A DNA stretch of 63,801 bases from a virus (Duplodnaviria; Caudoviricetes), in IMG/VR virus record IMGVR_UViG_3300012953_000028, positions 1-63,801 of that record; one strand, 5' to 3'. Shown here piece by piece: positions 9,097 through 18,431 of this stretch. A model generated the notes under the pieces. The model did not search any database. It was not told the origin of the DNA and saw only the letters and a list, made by a program, of their open reading frames with translations. The translations under genes were made by a program, and so were the position numbers. Every line of letters starts with the position of its first letter. The first letter of the stretch is position 1.

Positions 9097-10028
9097 ACTG
9101 TTTCAATTCCTTGTTCTAGATTGTGCTTTAATAGTTTTGTTGGTATAGTATACTCTACTGGATTATAACTATCTAAAGAAGGATGTCTGTTTTCTTCTAC
9201 ATAATCCCATAAATGCATATAATTTTCCATGCCATGAAACTTAGGTCTCATTCTAAATTTAAATCCTGCTTCTGAATAAATCCTCATTTTACTACTAGTC
9301 CAACCATACTTGTATTCAAAATTATCATTTATTAATAAACTTGCTGTTGGTATATTTAAAAAGGCTAGCATTGCTTCTGGTGTGTATGTGTAGAAGTTAT
9401 TTAATGCTACCTGGCCTGTCTTATCTGAAAATCTTCTCCATACACCGTCCTGATCTTCTTTCTTTAAAAATACCCAGTTCCACGTTGTCTCCCCTGTGTC
9501 ATAGTTTACTGTTGGTTTCTTTTCTAATTCTACTTCATCTACTGACAGCATTGGATCTTTAAAATCTTCTACTACCTTCATTAATATTTGCTGATAAAAA
9601 GTATAAGATTGATATTTTTCTGCAATATCTAAATACTCTCCACTTAAACAAAACTCCTCCGGATCAAACTCAATGACATGGACTTTTTCATTAAACTCAG
9701 ATTTCATCATTTCCATCATTGGACCTATATCATACATATTTGATTCATCTTTAAACTTGATGGTTGCTAGTTTTGGCTTAATACCTGCAGAACGAAAACT
9801 ACGAAAAGCAATCTCACTATCTAGACCACCACTCATAAAAAGTGTTAAGTCTGGATACTTGTCAATTATCATTTGAGCAATTCTACGCCATTCAATTTTT
9901 GCACTAAATGTAGATCTACTACAACCTCCAATAGACATACTTGTTATATCAGACTCGCTGGTTCTCCAGAGAGATTCTCTGTCGTCATTATACCAGTATG
10001 CCAAATGGTTATTATGTGTATTCATCAA
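9078..10028 (-). CDS. Adenine nucleotide alpha-hydrolase (asparagine-synthetase-like) protein
   Basis: PP-loop FMSGGLDSE; C-terminal K...R.K.HG.E. Confidence 0.75.
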   Translation of the reverse strand: MMNTHNNHLAYWYNDDRESLWRTSESDITSMSIGGCSRSTFSAKIEWRRIAQMIIDKYPDLTLFMSGGLDSEIAFRSFRSAGIKPKLATIKFKDESNMYDIGPMMEMMKSEFNEKVHVIEFDPEEFCLSGEYLDIAEKYQSYTFYQQILMKVVEDFKDPMLSVDEVELEKKPTVNYDTGETTWNWVFLKKEDQDGVWRRFSDKTGQVALNNFYTYTPEAMLAFLNIPTASLLINDNFEYKYGWTSSKMRIYSEAGFKFRMRPKFHGMENYMHLWDYVEENRHPSLDSYNPVEYTIPTKLLKHNLEQGIETVCQHIN

Positions 10029-10242
10029 AATTTAATTCCATTTGCTTGCCAATACCTTCAAAGTCTTCTCCGTTTACAATATAATCTAAAGAATTAATTT
10101 CTTGGTCTTGTTTTGCAACTCTATACTCAAGTGCTTTTATTCTTGTCCATAATTCATTAATAAGATCTGAAGATACATATGTAAATCCATTTGAATGATT
10201 TATAAAGTGACTCCAATCCCTCTCACTGGTACTCATTTTCAA
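10012..10242 (-). CDS. Small coiled-coil hypothetical protein
   Basis: 76-aa ORF overlapping both neighbours in the operon. Confidence 0.65.
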   Translation of the reverse strand: MKMSTSERDWSHFINHSNGFTYVSSDLINELWTRIKALEYRVAKQDQEINSLDYIVNGEDFEGIGKQMELNFDEYT

Positions 10243-10867
10243 TTCTCCCTATATCCTGTTTAATTTCTTTTAACTCTGCTTTTGCAGGTTTAATAACAGC
10301 CCATTGTTTAGTTGAATGGACAGTTATTGGATTCTCAATAGGAATACAATCAGTCCACCAGTCGCTCCATACACCGCTAAAACTAGAAGGTTTTTCACCT
10401 TTTGCATATGCTTGAGAAATAACTTCCCATATCAATTTATTATATTCATTAAAGGTTAATATCATTCCTTTTTTATTATTTTCTTTGGCCCATTCTAAAT
10501 TTGTAGCTAATAGATACTTTGTTATATTATGATTAGCTCTATAGTCTTTATCCATCCATAAACGATTTCCTCCACTAGCATAACTTGTATCTAAACTAGA
10601 GTCTTCTACTGCACTAATGCCTACAATTGATCCGGAAACTAAATCATATAGAAGATCAATTTGTCCATTATCCTTAGTCCATCGTCTATGCTCGTTTCTC
10701 TCTTTTTCTATTAGATATAAAAGCCCAGAAGGTTCTGAGTCATCCATATTAGATATAACATGAGATTTTGTTTCATCTTTAGTCATTCTTTGTAGAAATG
10801 TATTATATGCAGATTTATGTTTTAAAAAGTTTTCTGCATTTGTAGACTGTATCTCTAAGTTTTGCAT
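10223..10867 (-). CDS. Putative GNAT-family N-acyltransferase
   Basis: IVGISAV...RLWMDKDYRANH (motif A-like)...WAKENNKKGMILTFNEYN. Confidence 0.65.
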   Translation of the reverse strand: MQNLEIQSTNAENFLKHKSAYNTFLQRMTKDETKSHVISNMDDSEPSGLLYLIEKERNEHRRWTKDNGQIDLLYDLVSGSIVGISAVEDSSLDTSYASGGNRLWMDKDYRANHNITKYLLATNLEWAKENNKKGMILTFNEYNKLIWEVISQAYAKGEKPSSFSGVWSDWWTDCIPIENPITVHSTKQWAVIKPAKAELKEIKQDIGRIENEYQ

Positions 10868-10882
10868 ACTAGTATGTACCTG

Positions 10883-11410
10883 TTAATCTATGTCGTTGCT
10901 ATCCAAGCTCATTAGTAAGTGCCAACGTTTCTCGTTACCACAGTTTATTGCGGTATGTAATTCTCTTGTATCTACTTTAAATACTCCCCCATTAGCAGGT
11001 ATCTCTACTAATTCTGGAGGATCAACAAATAAAAATCTAGCCTGTTTATTTGTATATGTTGCTATATGTAATCTTTGGTGAGGGTCTCTGTGCATACTAT
11101 AACAAGTGCGAGGTTCCATAATCATTATTCTTGTACGATATACTTTCCACGGAAATTCATCAAAAAACTTTTCCCAATATGTTCCAATTAAATCTGGACG
11201 TAGCTTATCCCATTGATGTTCGTTATCCCCTAAGTATGTTCCTGTTCCTTCAGCAAAATCTCCAACTCCACCTGACTGTAATGCTGTTTGTGATCTAAAA
11301 TCACCAAGCTCTTTATCCCATGCTAACTTCTTGCATTCCTCATGTAAACGTTCTACATCATCAATAACATAAGGCCTGTTATTATGTCGCATACGATATT
11401 TCTTACTCAT
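10883..11410 (-). CDS. Asp/Asn beta-hydroxylase-like 2OG/Fe(II) oxygenase
   Basis: R.RIM.M.P..CYSMHRD...RLHI...DT...HTA.N.G...R.HL. Confidence 0.82.
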   Translation of the reverse strand: MSKKYRMRHNNRPYVIDDVERLHEECKKLAWDKELGDFRSQTALQSGGVGDFAEGTGTYLGDNEHQWDKLRPDLIGTYWEKFFDEFPWKVYRTRIMIMEPRTCYSMHRDPHQRLHIATYTNKQARFLFVDPPELVEIPANGGVFKVDTRELHTAINCGNEKRWHLLMSLDSNDID

Positions 11411-12688
11411 TTATACCTCCCCTATAACCATAAATCTATTACACTTCTCTAAATTTAATTCTCCTTGATAATATATCTTGGATACTCCGCACTCCTCAAC
11501 AAACTCGTCTAAATGAGAAAAACAATTAACATGGTCAGGAACATCAAACATATTGTTTCCTTGTAATACAACTCTAGTTCCTTTAGGAAGGGTCTCAACC
11601 CAACCTCCGTGGTCATGAAAGTGTTCTGTTATTGTATCAATTATAATAAAATCTTTCATTTCAGTAAAGTCCATAGATCTAATATCTTTGTTTGAAACTT
11701 GATAACGTTCTGTTGATACTCCTGCCATTGACATCTCATTACCGTCAACATCTGTTATATCTGGTGCCTGTACATTTAATATACAGGACGGATCATTAAC
11801 AGTTTTATCAATATCTACATTAAGAACTTTTCCAAATTCTTGTTTACGACAACCTGCTAAGAAAGGTAGTATTCCAAGCCAACCTCCAACAATAATTGTA
11901 GTAGTTTCTTCTGTAATCCAATTCATTTTTTCTAGTTCATCTAGCAACCAAACTTTACTTTTAATTTGATTTCTGCTTAGTGCATCATGCCAGTTTAATT
12001 TTGGACTATGTGTTATTGCTTTAGCCATACGTTTAAGTTCTGGTTGCAACTCAGGAAAATAATTTATACTTGCATTATCCGCAAGTACTTCAATGTTATC
12101 GTCAACTAAGTTTTCTAATAGAGTTGTTCTGCCTACTAGTAATCTTGCAAAGTAACATACCTCATAGATATTTCCTTCTTTTGCTTCTGCTAGTTTGTTC
12201 GCTCCCCATGCTATATTTTCTAATGCATCAGTTCCGTTTTCTTTTATCCAACCTGCTGTAGCCCATACTGGCTGAGCAATATCTTCTACTACTTGGCATC
12301 CTTTCCAAATTGTATTAATTACTTCATTAGGTGCAGATGCAAACTTAATATTAGTATCTTCTCTATGATACATTCCAAGTGCTAGTGCTAGTCTTAACTG
12401 GTTCCATCTTGTTTTTTCTTTAGCAGGCTCAACACATGCTACTAAATCCTGAAAGTTTAAAAAGTTTTCAATTCCAACATTGTAAAATAAATGTTCTAGA
12501 TCGTCATCTGATCCTGTTTCTAAATTTCTTCTGAGCCAATGTAAGCTACTACGAAACCCAATAAACTCTTCCATAAAATATAAAAAGGCTATTCTATTTT
12601 TTCTAATAGTATCTTCTTTACTTCCTGGTACTAGTCTAGCATTTTTCTTTTGTTTTTCTTCTTGTAGCCTTGCCATTATTTCCACCAT
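11411..12688 (-). CDS. Class I SAM-dependent methyltransferase (C-terminal) with helical N-terminal domain
   Basis: Q..SK.WL, IIVGGWLG motif I, VDID motif II, T.TEH, VLQGNN. Confidence 0.75.
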   Translation of the reverse strand: MVEIMARLQEEKQKKNARLVPGSKEDTIRKNRIAFLYFMEEFIGFRSSLHWLRRNLETGSDDDLEHLFYNVGIENFLNFQDLVACVEPAKEKTRWNQLRLALALGMYHREDTNIKFASAPNEVINTIWKGCQVVEDIAQPVWATAGWIKENGTDALENIAWGANKLAEAKEGNIYEVCYFARLLVGRTTLLENLVDDNIEVLADNASINYFPELQPELKRMAKAITHSPKLNWHDALSRNQIKSKVWLLDELEKMNWITEETTTIIVGGWLGILPFLAGCRKQEFGKVLNVDIDKTVNDPSCILNVQAPDITDVDGNEMSMAGVSTERYQVSNKDIRSMDFTEMKDFIIIDTITEHFHDHGGWVETLPKGTRVVLQGNNMFDVPDHVNCFSHLDEFVEECGVSKIYYQGELNLEKCNRFMVIGEV

Positions 12689-13671
12689 CCAAATAGTTTT
12701 AAGTTAGTTCTCCAATGTACGTCATCATACGTTAAAGGTTTTTCAGGATGTAGTTGTAGCTGTTTAAAAAGAAAACTAGAACTTTCATCTAGTACTGGTA
12801 TGTTAAATCCATAAACTTCGTTTACTGCATCTTGTAGTTCTTTCATACCTCTTTCTGTTATTGTTTCAAAGCTCTTAAAGTATTCGTTGAACCATTCGTA
12901 ATCTCTAATTAATGTATAGTCAAAATTGTTAAAGTATAACTGTCTGATAGCAGTACGAGCACCTATAATACTCCAGATGCCGTTTTTAACATCAGATCCA
13001 ACTGTTAGCCATGTTAGTAGTCTTTGATAGTTTGCGGCATGCATTATTTCTTTAATATTATCTTTATCAATTACTTTTCCAGCTTCGGTTGAAAGTTTAA
13101 CTCCTTCTCTAAAACCTACACGGAAAGCCTGATACGGAGATGCATTAGTATAAACAGTTGAATAGCAACCAGGAAGTTCTTTATATTGAGATTCGTCCCA
13201 ACAAAAATCAACTTCATCTCTTTCAGTATTTGATGCTTCGTGACTCTTCATTGACATCAAATGCTCTGTGTTCCAAAGTTTTAGGCCACCATTTCCGTAC
13301 ATTAAGCCGTTTGTATATTGCCGTCCACCCCAAGTATAAGACATAAATCCTATACCTTTAGGAAGGCGTAGTTCAAAGAAAGAAGAATCAACTATACTAT
13401 CTGCATCAACAGTAATTACATAACCAGCATTAGGAAAAGCCTTTGCGGCGGCTTTATGACAAGCATCAAATCCTTTAACTCCGTGTACACGTTGTATTTC
13501 TTGATGAGGTGTTGTTAATTGTAATGTCTTCCAATTTTCATCAGCATTTGGTTCGTCAAAACTTAAAAACACAATAGGAATATCTCTAACAGTCCTAGCA
13601 CTATGTTTTACATTTCCAGCAAGTATTTTTGCTTTGTCGTCTTTTGATAATTTAAACATTGACATTATCAA
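12676..13671 (-). CDS. GT-A fold glycosyltransferase, paralog 3
   Basis: FLSFDEPNADENW, HKAAA, VDAD (DxD), NGLMYGNGGLKLW, AFRVGFREGVKL. Confidence 0.75.
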   Translation of the reverse strand: MIMSMFKLSKDDKAKILAGNVKHSARTVRDIPIVFLSFDEPNADENWKTLQLTTPHQEIQRVHGVKGFDACHKAAAKAFPNAGYVITVDADSIVDSSFFELRLPKGIGFMSYTWGGRQYTNGLMYGNGGLKLWNTEHLMSMKSHEASNTERDEVDFCWDESQYKELPGCYSTVYTNASPYQAFRVGFREGVKLSTEAGKVIDKDNIKEIMHAANYQRLLTWLTVGSDVKNGIWSIIGARTAIRQLYFNNFDYTLIRDYEWFNEYFKSFETITERGMKELQDAVNEVYGFNIPVLDESSSFLFKQLQLHPEKPLTYDDVHWRTNLKLFGWWK

Positions 13672-14518
13672 ATTCCTTTTCTAACCATTCCCAATTATTA
13701 ATTAGATTCATCTTCTCACTATTAGCATATTTCAAACCATGTTTGATTCCAGCTTTTGCTCCTTTAATAACCCACTCTGCATTTAGTCCTTCTGATACAG
13801 TTGACCATACATGATATCTTACAGATGCTTCAAAAATCTCATCAAAGTAGTTATGTGTTAGTAAACTTTCTCTATATTTCTCAATTATAATACTTCTTTT
13901 TCCTCCTCTATATGATGACTTAGATTTTCTATCCCAATCTTGTTTTTGTATATGCTCTTCTAACTTAATAAATTCTTGTTCTCTTTGTTCTTCTCTTCTT
14001 TTAATTGCTCCAAAAACTGAGCCTAATGATGCTAACTTTGCACACTCTCTAAATGCTCCTATAAACGCACTATCAGGAGTTGCGTTAAATCTTGTTTCGC
14101 AACTTACTTTAGTTTTAGCAATAGTAGATGCTCCTATCGTTGTAGATAAATCAATATGCCAAGGACGGCCTTCTAAGAATGGCTTCTTAGGAAACAACTT
14201 AACTCCGCCATAACCATACTCTAGTCCGTTAACTGGGTTAACACTATTCCATACAATTACACATTCGTTTTCTGGATGATCCCAATACATTTCATCTGGA
14301 TCTGGAACAAAGTCAAAATCAAAATCATCAACAATCCAAGCATCAGCATCAACTACATAAAAATTATCTGTTGTTGATTGCTCTGCACAAGTTTTGTGGA
14401 CTTCATAAATTCCTTTAACATCTCTTACTTCTTTAATATTTGGAACAAACTGTGTTAGTCTTTGATAGTTTTCTTCTGCATTCCATTCACCTTGAGAAAT
14501 AAAAAATACGTCTAACAT
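13652..14518 (-). CDS. GT-A fold glycosyltransferase, paralog 2
   Basis: FFISQGE.NAEENY, VVDAD, NGLEYGYGGVKLF, AFRECAKL. Confidence 0.75.
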   Translation of the reverse strand: MLDVFFISQGEWNAEENYQRLTQFVPNIKEVRDVKGIYEVHKTCAEQSTTDNFYVVDADAWIVDDFDFDFVPDPDEMYWDHPENECVIVWNSVNPVNGLEYGYGGVKLFPKKPFLEGRPWHIDLSTTIGASTIAKTKVSCETRFNATPDSAFIGAFRECAKLASLGSVFGAIKRREEQREQEFIKLEEHIQKQDWDRKSKSSYRGGKRSIIIEKYRESLLTHNYFDEIFEASVRYHVWSTVSEGLNAEWVIKGAKAGIKHGLKYANSEKMNLINNWEWLEKEFDNVNV

Positions 14519-14522
14519 TCTA

Positions 14523-15497
14523 TTACCCTACTATTAACTGATCGACATCAGCTTCTCTAACTAATGGTGCTAGTCTAATAGGATTAAAGTAACTGGCTTT
14601 GTAGAACTTACTTGCTTCTTCATTTAATGTAGATATCTCTAAACCCATATCTTGTTTTAATACTCTTCCTAATTTTTCTATTTCATTGTATAACTTTTTT
14701 GTATTCCAAGAGTAGTCACTTGTTATACAATGCTCATCTGTTCCGTAAAACTTTGGAGCAACTTCCTCATGCCAATATTTATTGTGCCATTCAAAGTCAC
14801 GTACAAGTGTAAAATCAAACTCGTTCCTTTTTATATTTGTCATATAGCAACCTAAACGAGCACCGTATATTGCCCACATACCATTGTCTATATCAGAGCC
14901 TACACTCATCCATATTAATAGTCTTCTATGATTTTTATAATTATTTTTTTCTGCTACTTGACGCCAATCCATAGGCTGGCCGTTGTGTAATGCTAACTTA
15001 ACTCCTTCTCTAAATCCTGCTCTGTATGCTTGGTAAGGAGTCTTGTTATTATATACATCACTATAAATGTTGTTTAATTGATGGTAATGTATATCCCAAC
15101 AGAAGTCAACAGCGCCTGCTCCGCTATCTACTTCTTCGTGTGTTCTCATTTGTTCTACTACTTTTACTGGCCAGAGTTTAATTCCGCCATTACCATATAC
15201 TAGCCCATTAATCACATTTTTACCAGACCAGCTTAATACATCAGCCTCGTGGAATTTCTCTATATCTAATTCAAGTTCAAAGAAGTCTTCTCTTACTTTA
15301 TTATCTGCATCAATACCAATAAAACGTTCTGTTTCTGATAGTTTGGCGGCGGCTTTATGGCAAGCATCTGATCCAAATACTCCATGACTTCTTTTTGCCC
15401 AAGGACATATTGACTGTAGGTGAGCCCAATTTTCATCAGCATTTGGTTCATCGTAACTAATAAAAACTACATCATATTCACTTATAGGTACGGTCAT
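14523..15497 (-). CDS. GT-A fold glycosyltransferase, paralog 1
   Basis: FISYDEPNADENW, IDAD, NGLVYGNGGIKLW, AYRAGFREGVKL. Confidence 0.75.
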   Translation of the reverse strand: MTVPISEYDVVFISYDEPNADENWAHLQSICPWAKRSHGVFGSDACHKAAAKLSETERFIGIDADNKVREDFFELELDIEKFHEADVLSWSGKNVINGLVYGNGGIKLWPVKVVEQMRTHEEVDSGAGAVDFCWDIHYHQLNNIYSDVYNNKTPYQAYRAGFREGVKLALHNGQPMDWRQVAEKNNYKNHRRLLIWMSVGSDIDNGMWAIYGARLGCYMTNIKRNEFDFTLVRDFEWHNKYWHEEVAPKFYGTDEHCITSDYSWNTKKLYNEIEKLGRVLKQDMGLEISTLNEEASKFYKASYFNPIRLAPLVREADVDQLIVG

Positions 15498-16462
15498 GCT
15501 TCAACTCCAACATCTAGATTGTTTGCTTTATATAACAGGTTTACTGGAGTATTGTCTGGCCAATTAGCAATCTCAAAAGGAGTATTTTGCCTTAACATTA
15601 ATGCTGGAAGTTCTACCCAAGCAACAAAATAATCAGGGTCATCACCTTTAATAAGAGCACCTTTTATGTTTCCTGGTATATCGTCTATAGGACACCCAGG
15701 GGTATAATGGCTTTGTGCCCATAAAGTATTGTCTTTTGTATATAATGTAATATGCGTTCCTGGGCCTGAATGAGAGATTATTGTCTGCATCTCAGATGTT
15801 CCATTAAAAGTGTAATACTTTTCTGCTCTTACAAATGTTACTCCTTTAGATATTTTTGAAAAGTTTAAACGTATATTTTTGTCTTTATGAATTATATCAT
15901 CAATTACTAATGGATCAATTAAATCCCACAAAGAGAACTCTGAGTATCCTTTTTCTAATAAAGGCTGTAGTTTGATGTCAATGTTTCCTAATAGTATATG
16001 AGGATCTGTACTATCTGTTATATAAATTTTAAGAGGCTCTAGTTGTTTGTTTTCTATTGCACGGGTTGTCCAAACTCTATTTGGCTCTAATCTTATAATG
16101 CCCTTGTTAGGAAATAATACAAATTTTAATTCAGGGTTTTCACTTTTTTCGTATAATGATGTACTATGCCATTCATTATAATTTTCATTAACTTTATATT
16201 CAGATATAGTACGCCTGTCTACTAAATCTAATACTCCAATTTTTTCGTTTATTGTAACAATATAGTTACTTTGGCTGTCTGTTCCAGACAATATATTTTG
16301 TATTTTAGAATACGATACACTTAAACTACTAGGATTATCAGTTTGCACTCCCGGAGATATTTTAGTAATATTACCTTTATCGTTGTATTCAACTGACCAA
16401 AATTCTTGTTTAGCTTTTTTTCTTTTTCTAATTGAAAATTTAATATCAGCCATTGTATACAT
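15494..16462 (-). CDS. Hypothetical protein
   Basis: 322-aa ORF with ATGA coupling to the downstream GT. Confidence 0.75.
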   Translation of the reverse strand: MYTMADIKFSIRKRKKAKQEFWSVEYNDKGNITKISPGVQTDNPSSLSVSYSKIQNILSGTDSQSNYIVTINEKIGVLDLVDRRTISEYKVNENYNEWHSTSLYEKSENPELKFVLFPNKGIIRLEPNRVWTTRAIENKQLEPLKIYITDSTDPHILLGNIDIKLQPLLEKGYSEFSLWDLIDPLVIDDIIHKDKNIRLNFSKISKGVTFVRAEKYYTFNGTSEMQTIISHSGPGTHITLYTKDNTLWAQSHYTPGCPIDDIPGNIKGALIKGDDPDYFVAWVELPALMLRQNTPFEIANWPDNTPVNLLYKANNLDVGVEA

Positions 16463-17156
16463 ACTCTAATGTTTTTTTAGAATTGTCTAACCATACAGGA
16501 AATAACTGTATATGGTTTTCTAGTTTAAAATTTCCGTTTGACGGATAATAAGAGATCCAGTCATGCCATGTGTTTGTTGCATACATTACTGGATCTGTTT
16601 CTAAATCTCTAATACTTAAATCAACTAAAGGAAAACTGTTTAAAGACTTCCAAGAAGGAAACAGAGAAGCCATTGCACTTAACCAATGTTGGAGTCCTGA
16701 TTTTTCTGGCAAGTAATCTACCCATAGTTCTTCTTCTTTAAAATTTGCTACTAGCATAAAAGATTCAACGGCGCTCATTGAGTCTCCTATTAGCATAATA
16801 TAAGGAACACTTGTTTGATTGTTTTCCTCTTGCACTTTTCTTTTTAAAAGTTTCTTCTTAGGAATTTCTAGTAGTCTGTGATCTACAATTTTTCCTGGAA
16901 CAATATTTTCTTTCTTTTCTTTAGCAAGTTCCAATACTTTAAACGATAATGGTCGAGGAGCAAGTCCTGCTTCGCATAATATATCTCCATCTTCTAAAGG
17001 AACTCTAGACAACTCTAGCAACTGTCCAATTGGGCCATCTTCTAATAGCTCTACATATACTGTTTCAATATCACTATTAATTGTAAGTATATCTTCTTTA
17101 GTTACATTATAAAGTTCTATGTCTTTTCCAAATACATAACACCTCATGTCATACAC
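16446..17156 (-). CDS. Hypothetical protein (possibly a degenerate GT partner)
   Basis: 236-aa ORF overlapping both neighbours; no clear catalytic motif. Confidence 0.65.
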   Translation of the reverse strand: MYDMRCYVFGKDIELYNVTKEDILTINSDIETVYVELLEDGPIGQLLELSRVPLEDGDILCEAGLAPRPLSFKVLELAKEKKENIVPGKIVDHRLLEIPKKKLLKRKVQEENNQTSVPYIMLIGDSMSAVESFMLVANFKEEELWVDYLPEKSGLQHWLSAMASLFPSWKSLNSFPLVDLSIRDLETDPVMYATNTWHDWISYYPSNGNFKLENHIQLFPVWLDNSKKTLEYVYNG

Positions 17157-18022
17157 CTCATAATACTTCTATAGTTTCGTAATATGCTTAACTTGTTCAT
17201 CATATGTATATCTTCTCCAGTAATTCTTACTGCAATATTTTTATATTCCTCGGGCAAGTTACTAAGCATAATCCAATCGTTTGCCCCTTTAACTTCTATA
17301 ATATCATCACGTTGATCTTGATAACGCATGTGTAAAGGTATACGTCCTACAAACCCTCCGTCTTGCATTCCGTCACACAAATGAGATGCAATAGAAGCGG
17401 CGTAATCAGTACGATATAGACTTCCAGGAAACTTATATAAAAATCTATAATACTCCCAGTGATCCTTTACATGAGCCCATACATTGAAAAAATGTTCTGC
17501 TTCTTCTGATTTTCTCCAATAAACTACTGTTGACCACCACATTCTAATACCTGCATAATGTAACCATCTTTCAGTAGTATAAGGTTCTTCGCAACGTAAA
17601 TTCATTGCGTCTCTGTGCATTGCAACATTACTTTGCCCGCCAAAAAGCATTTCTAGGTTATTACTACCAACTAGATAATCTGTATCAATTAATATAGTCT
17701 CGTCAAAAGGAGTTAGGTTATAAATGTCGTGTTTATTTGTATTTGTAAATTGGGCATTAAAACTTTTATATGCACCGTCCTGATGTATTCTAATATTAGT
17801 TTCATATTCAGGATCAGTCATAATAACTTCGTCCCAAGTTTTTTCTATTAGCTTTCTTTGAGATTGCTTTTTACTAAATTCTTTAATACTACGTTCATTA
17901 GTTACTAAAACTACAGGTATGTCTGGCATATACTTTTTTAAAGCAGAACTTGCAACTGTGGCTAGTTTCATGTAGTCTATTTGCTCGTTATTATAAGCAA
18001 ACATCATAAAGCCTTTTGTCAT
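17144..18022 (-). CDS. GT8-like (GT-A) glycosyltransferase
   Basis: KGF..FA.N, K...Y..TPFDETILIDTD, YRTDYA, HMMNK. Confidence 0.75.
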   Translation of the reverse strand: MTKGFMMFAYNNEQIDYMKLATVASSALKKYMPDIPVVLVTNERSIKEFSKKQSQRKLIEKTWDEVIMTDPEYETNIRIHQDGAYKSFNAQFTNTNKHDIYNLTPFDETILIDTDYLVGSNNLEMLFGGQSNVAMHRDAMNLRCEEPYTTERWLHYAGIRMWWSTVVYWRKSEEAEHFFNVWAHVKDHWEYYRFLYKFPGSLYRTDYAASIASHLCDGMQDGGFVGRIPLHMRYQDQRDDIIEVKGANDWIMLSNLPEEYKNIAVRITGEDIHMMNKLSILRNYRSIMRCMT

Positions 18023-18372
18023 TTTGCTCCTACAACTGTTTTTGTAGCCCTAGCTTTTTTTAATTTTTGTTGTTCGTTATATTTTAGTTCTAATGCTTTA
18101 TTATAGGTTTCTAACAGATTTTTTAAAAAATCTTTACTTTTTTCAATAGAACTAACATTACCAATAGAATCTTCAATGTATAGTACTTGCTTTGGATTTG
18201 CACTTACTTGAGAAGATACATAGCCAATTAGACTTTGAGTGACTTTAAAAATACTATTGTTATAGTTTAACAGTAACATTGTTTCAACACGAGCGTCAAT
18301 ATTTTTTCTTTGTGTTTGTAATGTTAGTCTATAGTTGGCAAACGCCAAAGCGTCAGTTAACCTATTATCCAT
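18019..18372 (-). CDS. Small helical protein, DUF4376/tail-fibre-chaperone-like
   Basis: 117 aa; pattern recalled from DUF4376-type proteins; first gene of the GT operon, with ATGA coupling. Confidence 0.45.
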   Translation of the reverse strand: MDNRLTDALAFANYRLTLQTQRKNIDARVETMLLLNYNNSIFKVTQSLIGYVSSQVSANPKQVLYIEDSIGNVSSIEKSKDFLKNLLETYNKALELKYNEQQKLKKARATKTVVGAK

Positions 18373-18398
18373 GGCAATATCCTAGTTATATATGCAGT

Positions 18399-18408
18399 TA
18401 TTTATTTA
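18399..18408 (-). promoter_or_regulatory. Putative late promoter ATAAATA
   Basis: Minus strand reads TAAATAAATAACTGC, the same ATAAATAACTGC context as at 63773. Confidence 0.6.
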
Positions 18409-18431
18409 AGGAATATGTGGTGGTTAAACCG

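Noticed and set aside
4845-10028. Lasso-peptide (RiPP) cluster based on the Asn-synthetase-like genes
   Set aside because: No transglutaminase-like peptidase, RRE protein or convincing precursor peptide is visible
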